Shown here piece by piece: positions 46,101 through 46,219 of a DNA stretch of 46,219 bases. Position 1 is the first letter of the stretch. Every line of letters begins with the position of its first letter. The notes under the pieces are model-generated. The model made no database searches and was not told where the DNA came from. It saw nothing but the letters and a program-made list of their open reading frames with translations. A program made the position numbers and the translations under genes. Source of the DNA: Chromera velia (taxonomy: Eukaryota); the NCBI GenBank assembly GCA_018398765.1, contig JAHBMJ010000508.1:1-46219 (forward strand). The letters run 5' to 3'.

Positions 46101-46219
46101 CAGAGTTGGCTACCTCTTTCCTTCTGCCGGTTCCGCCTTTTTCTTTTCAATCACTTTGTCTTTGGTGTCTACGTCTTTGTTTTGAGACGACGGAGGTGTG
46201 GGAGATAGGGGTGTAAGAA

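Noticed and set aside
45100..46219. Possible gene start or exons near the right edge
   Set aside because: No phase-consistent model or recognisable domain could be built on either strand.

Overview
Eukaryotic, intron- and microsatellite-rich DNA. The host is inferred to be a photosynthetic alveolate such as the chromerid Chromera, from recurrent GTCAGT/GTGAGT donors, a signal peptide + Phe-initiated plastid leader and TGCATGCA arrays. In order: (1) a minus-strand frame missed by the ORF track (1-2720) encoding an AT-hook and a GIY-YIG endonuclease and running off the left edge, most like a Penelope-like retroelement with N-terminal endonuclease (Naiad/Chlamys type); it is broken by one UGA in UGA-CUAG readthrough context next to an in-frame intron-like segment; (2) a 1.3-kb TIR DNA transposon with a degenerate CMC/Plavaka-like transposase; (3) a 4-exon plastid-targeted flavodoxin, divergent from a disrupted calpain-like gene with lectin-like repeats; (4) a very large secreted protein gene; (5) an intronless MYND-finger gene, divergent from a multi-exon hypothetical gene; (6) two related MITEs with 33-bp hairpin repeats; (7) a frameshifted beta-helix/MYND/SEL1/TPR gene; (8) a 12-exon atypical HAD-family hydrolase gene. 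No rRNA, tRNA or CRISPR array was recognised. All gene models were built by hand and all family assignments are by motif recognition, not database search.
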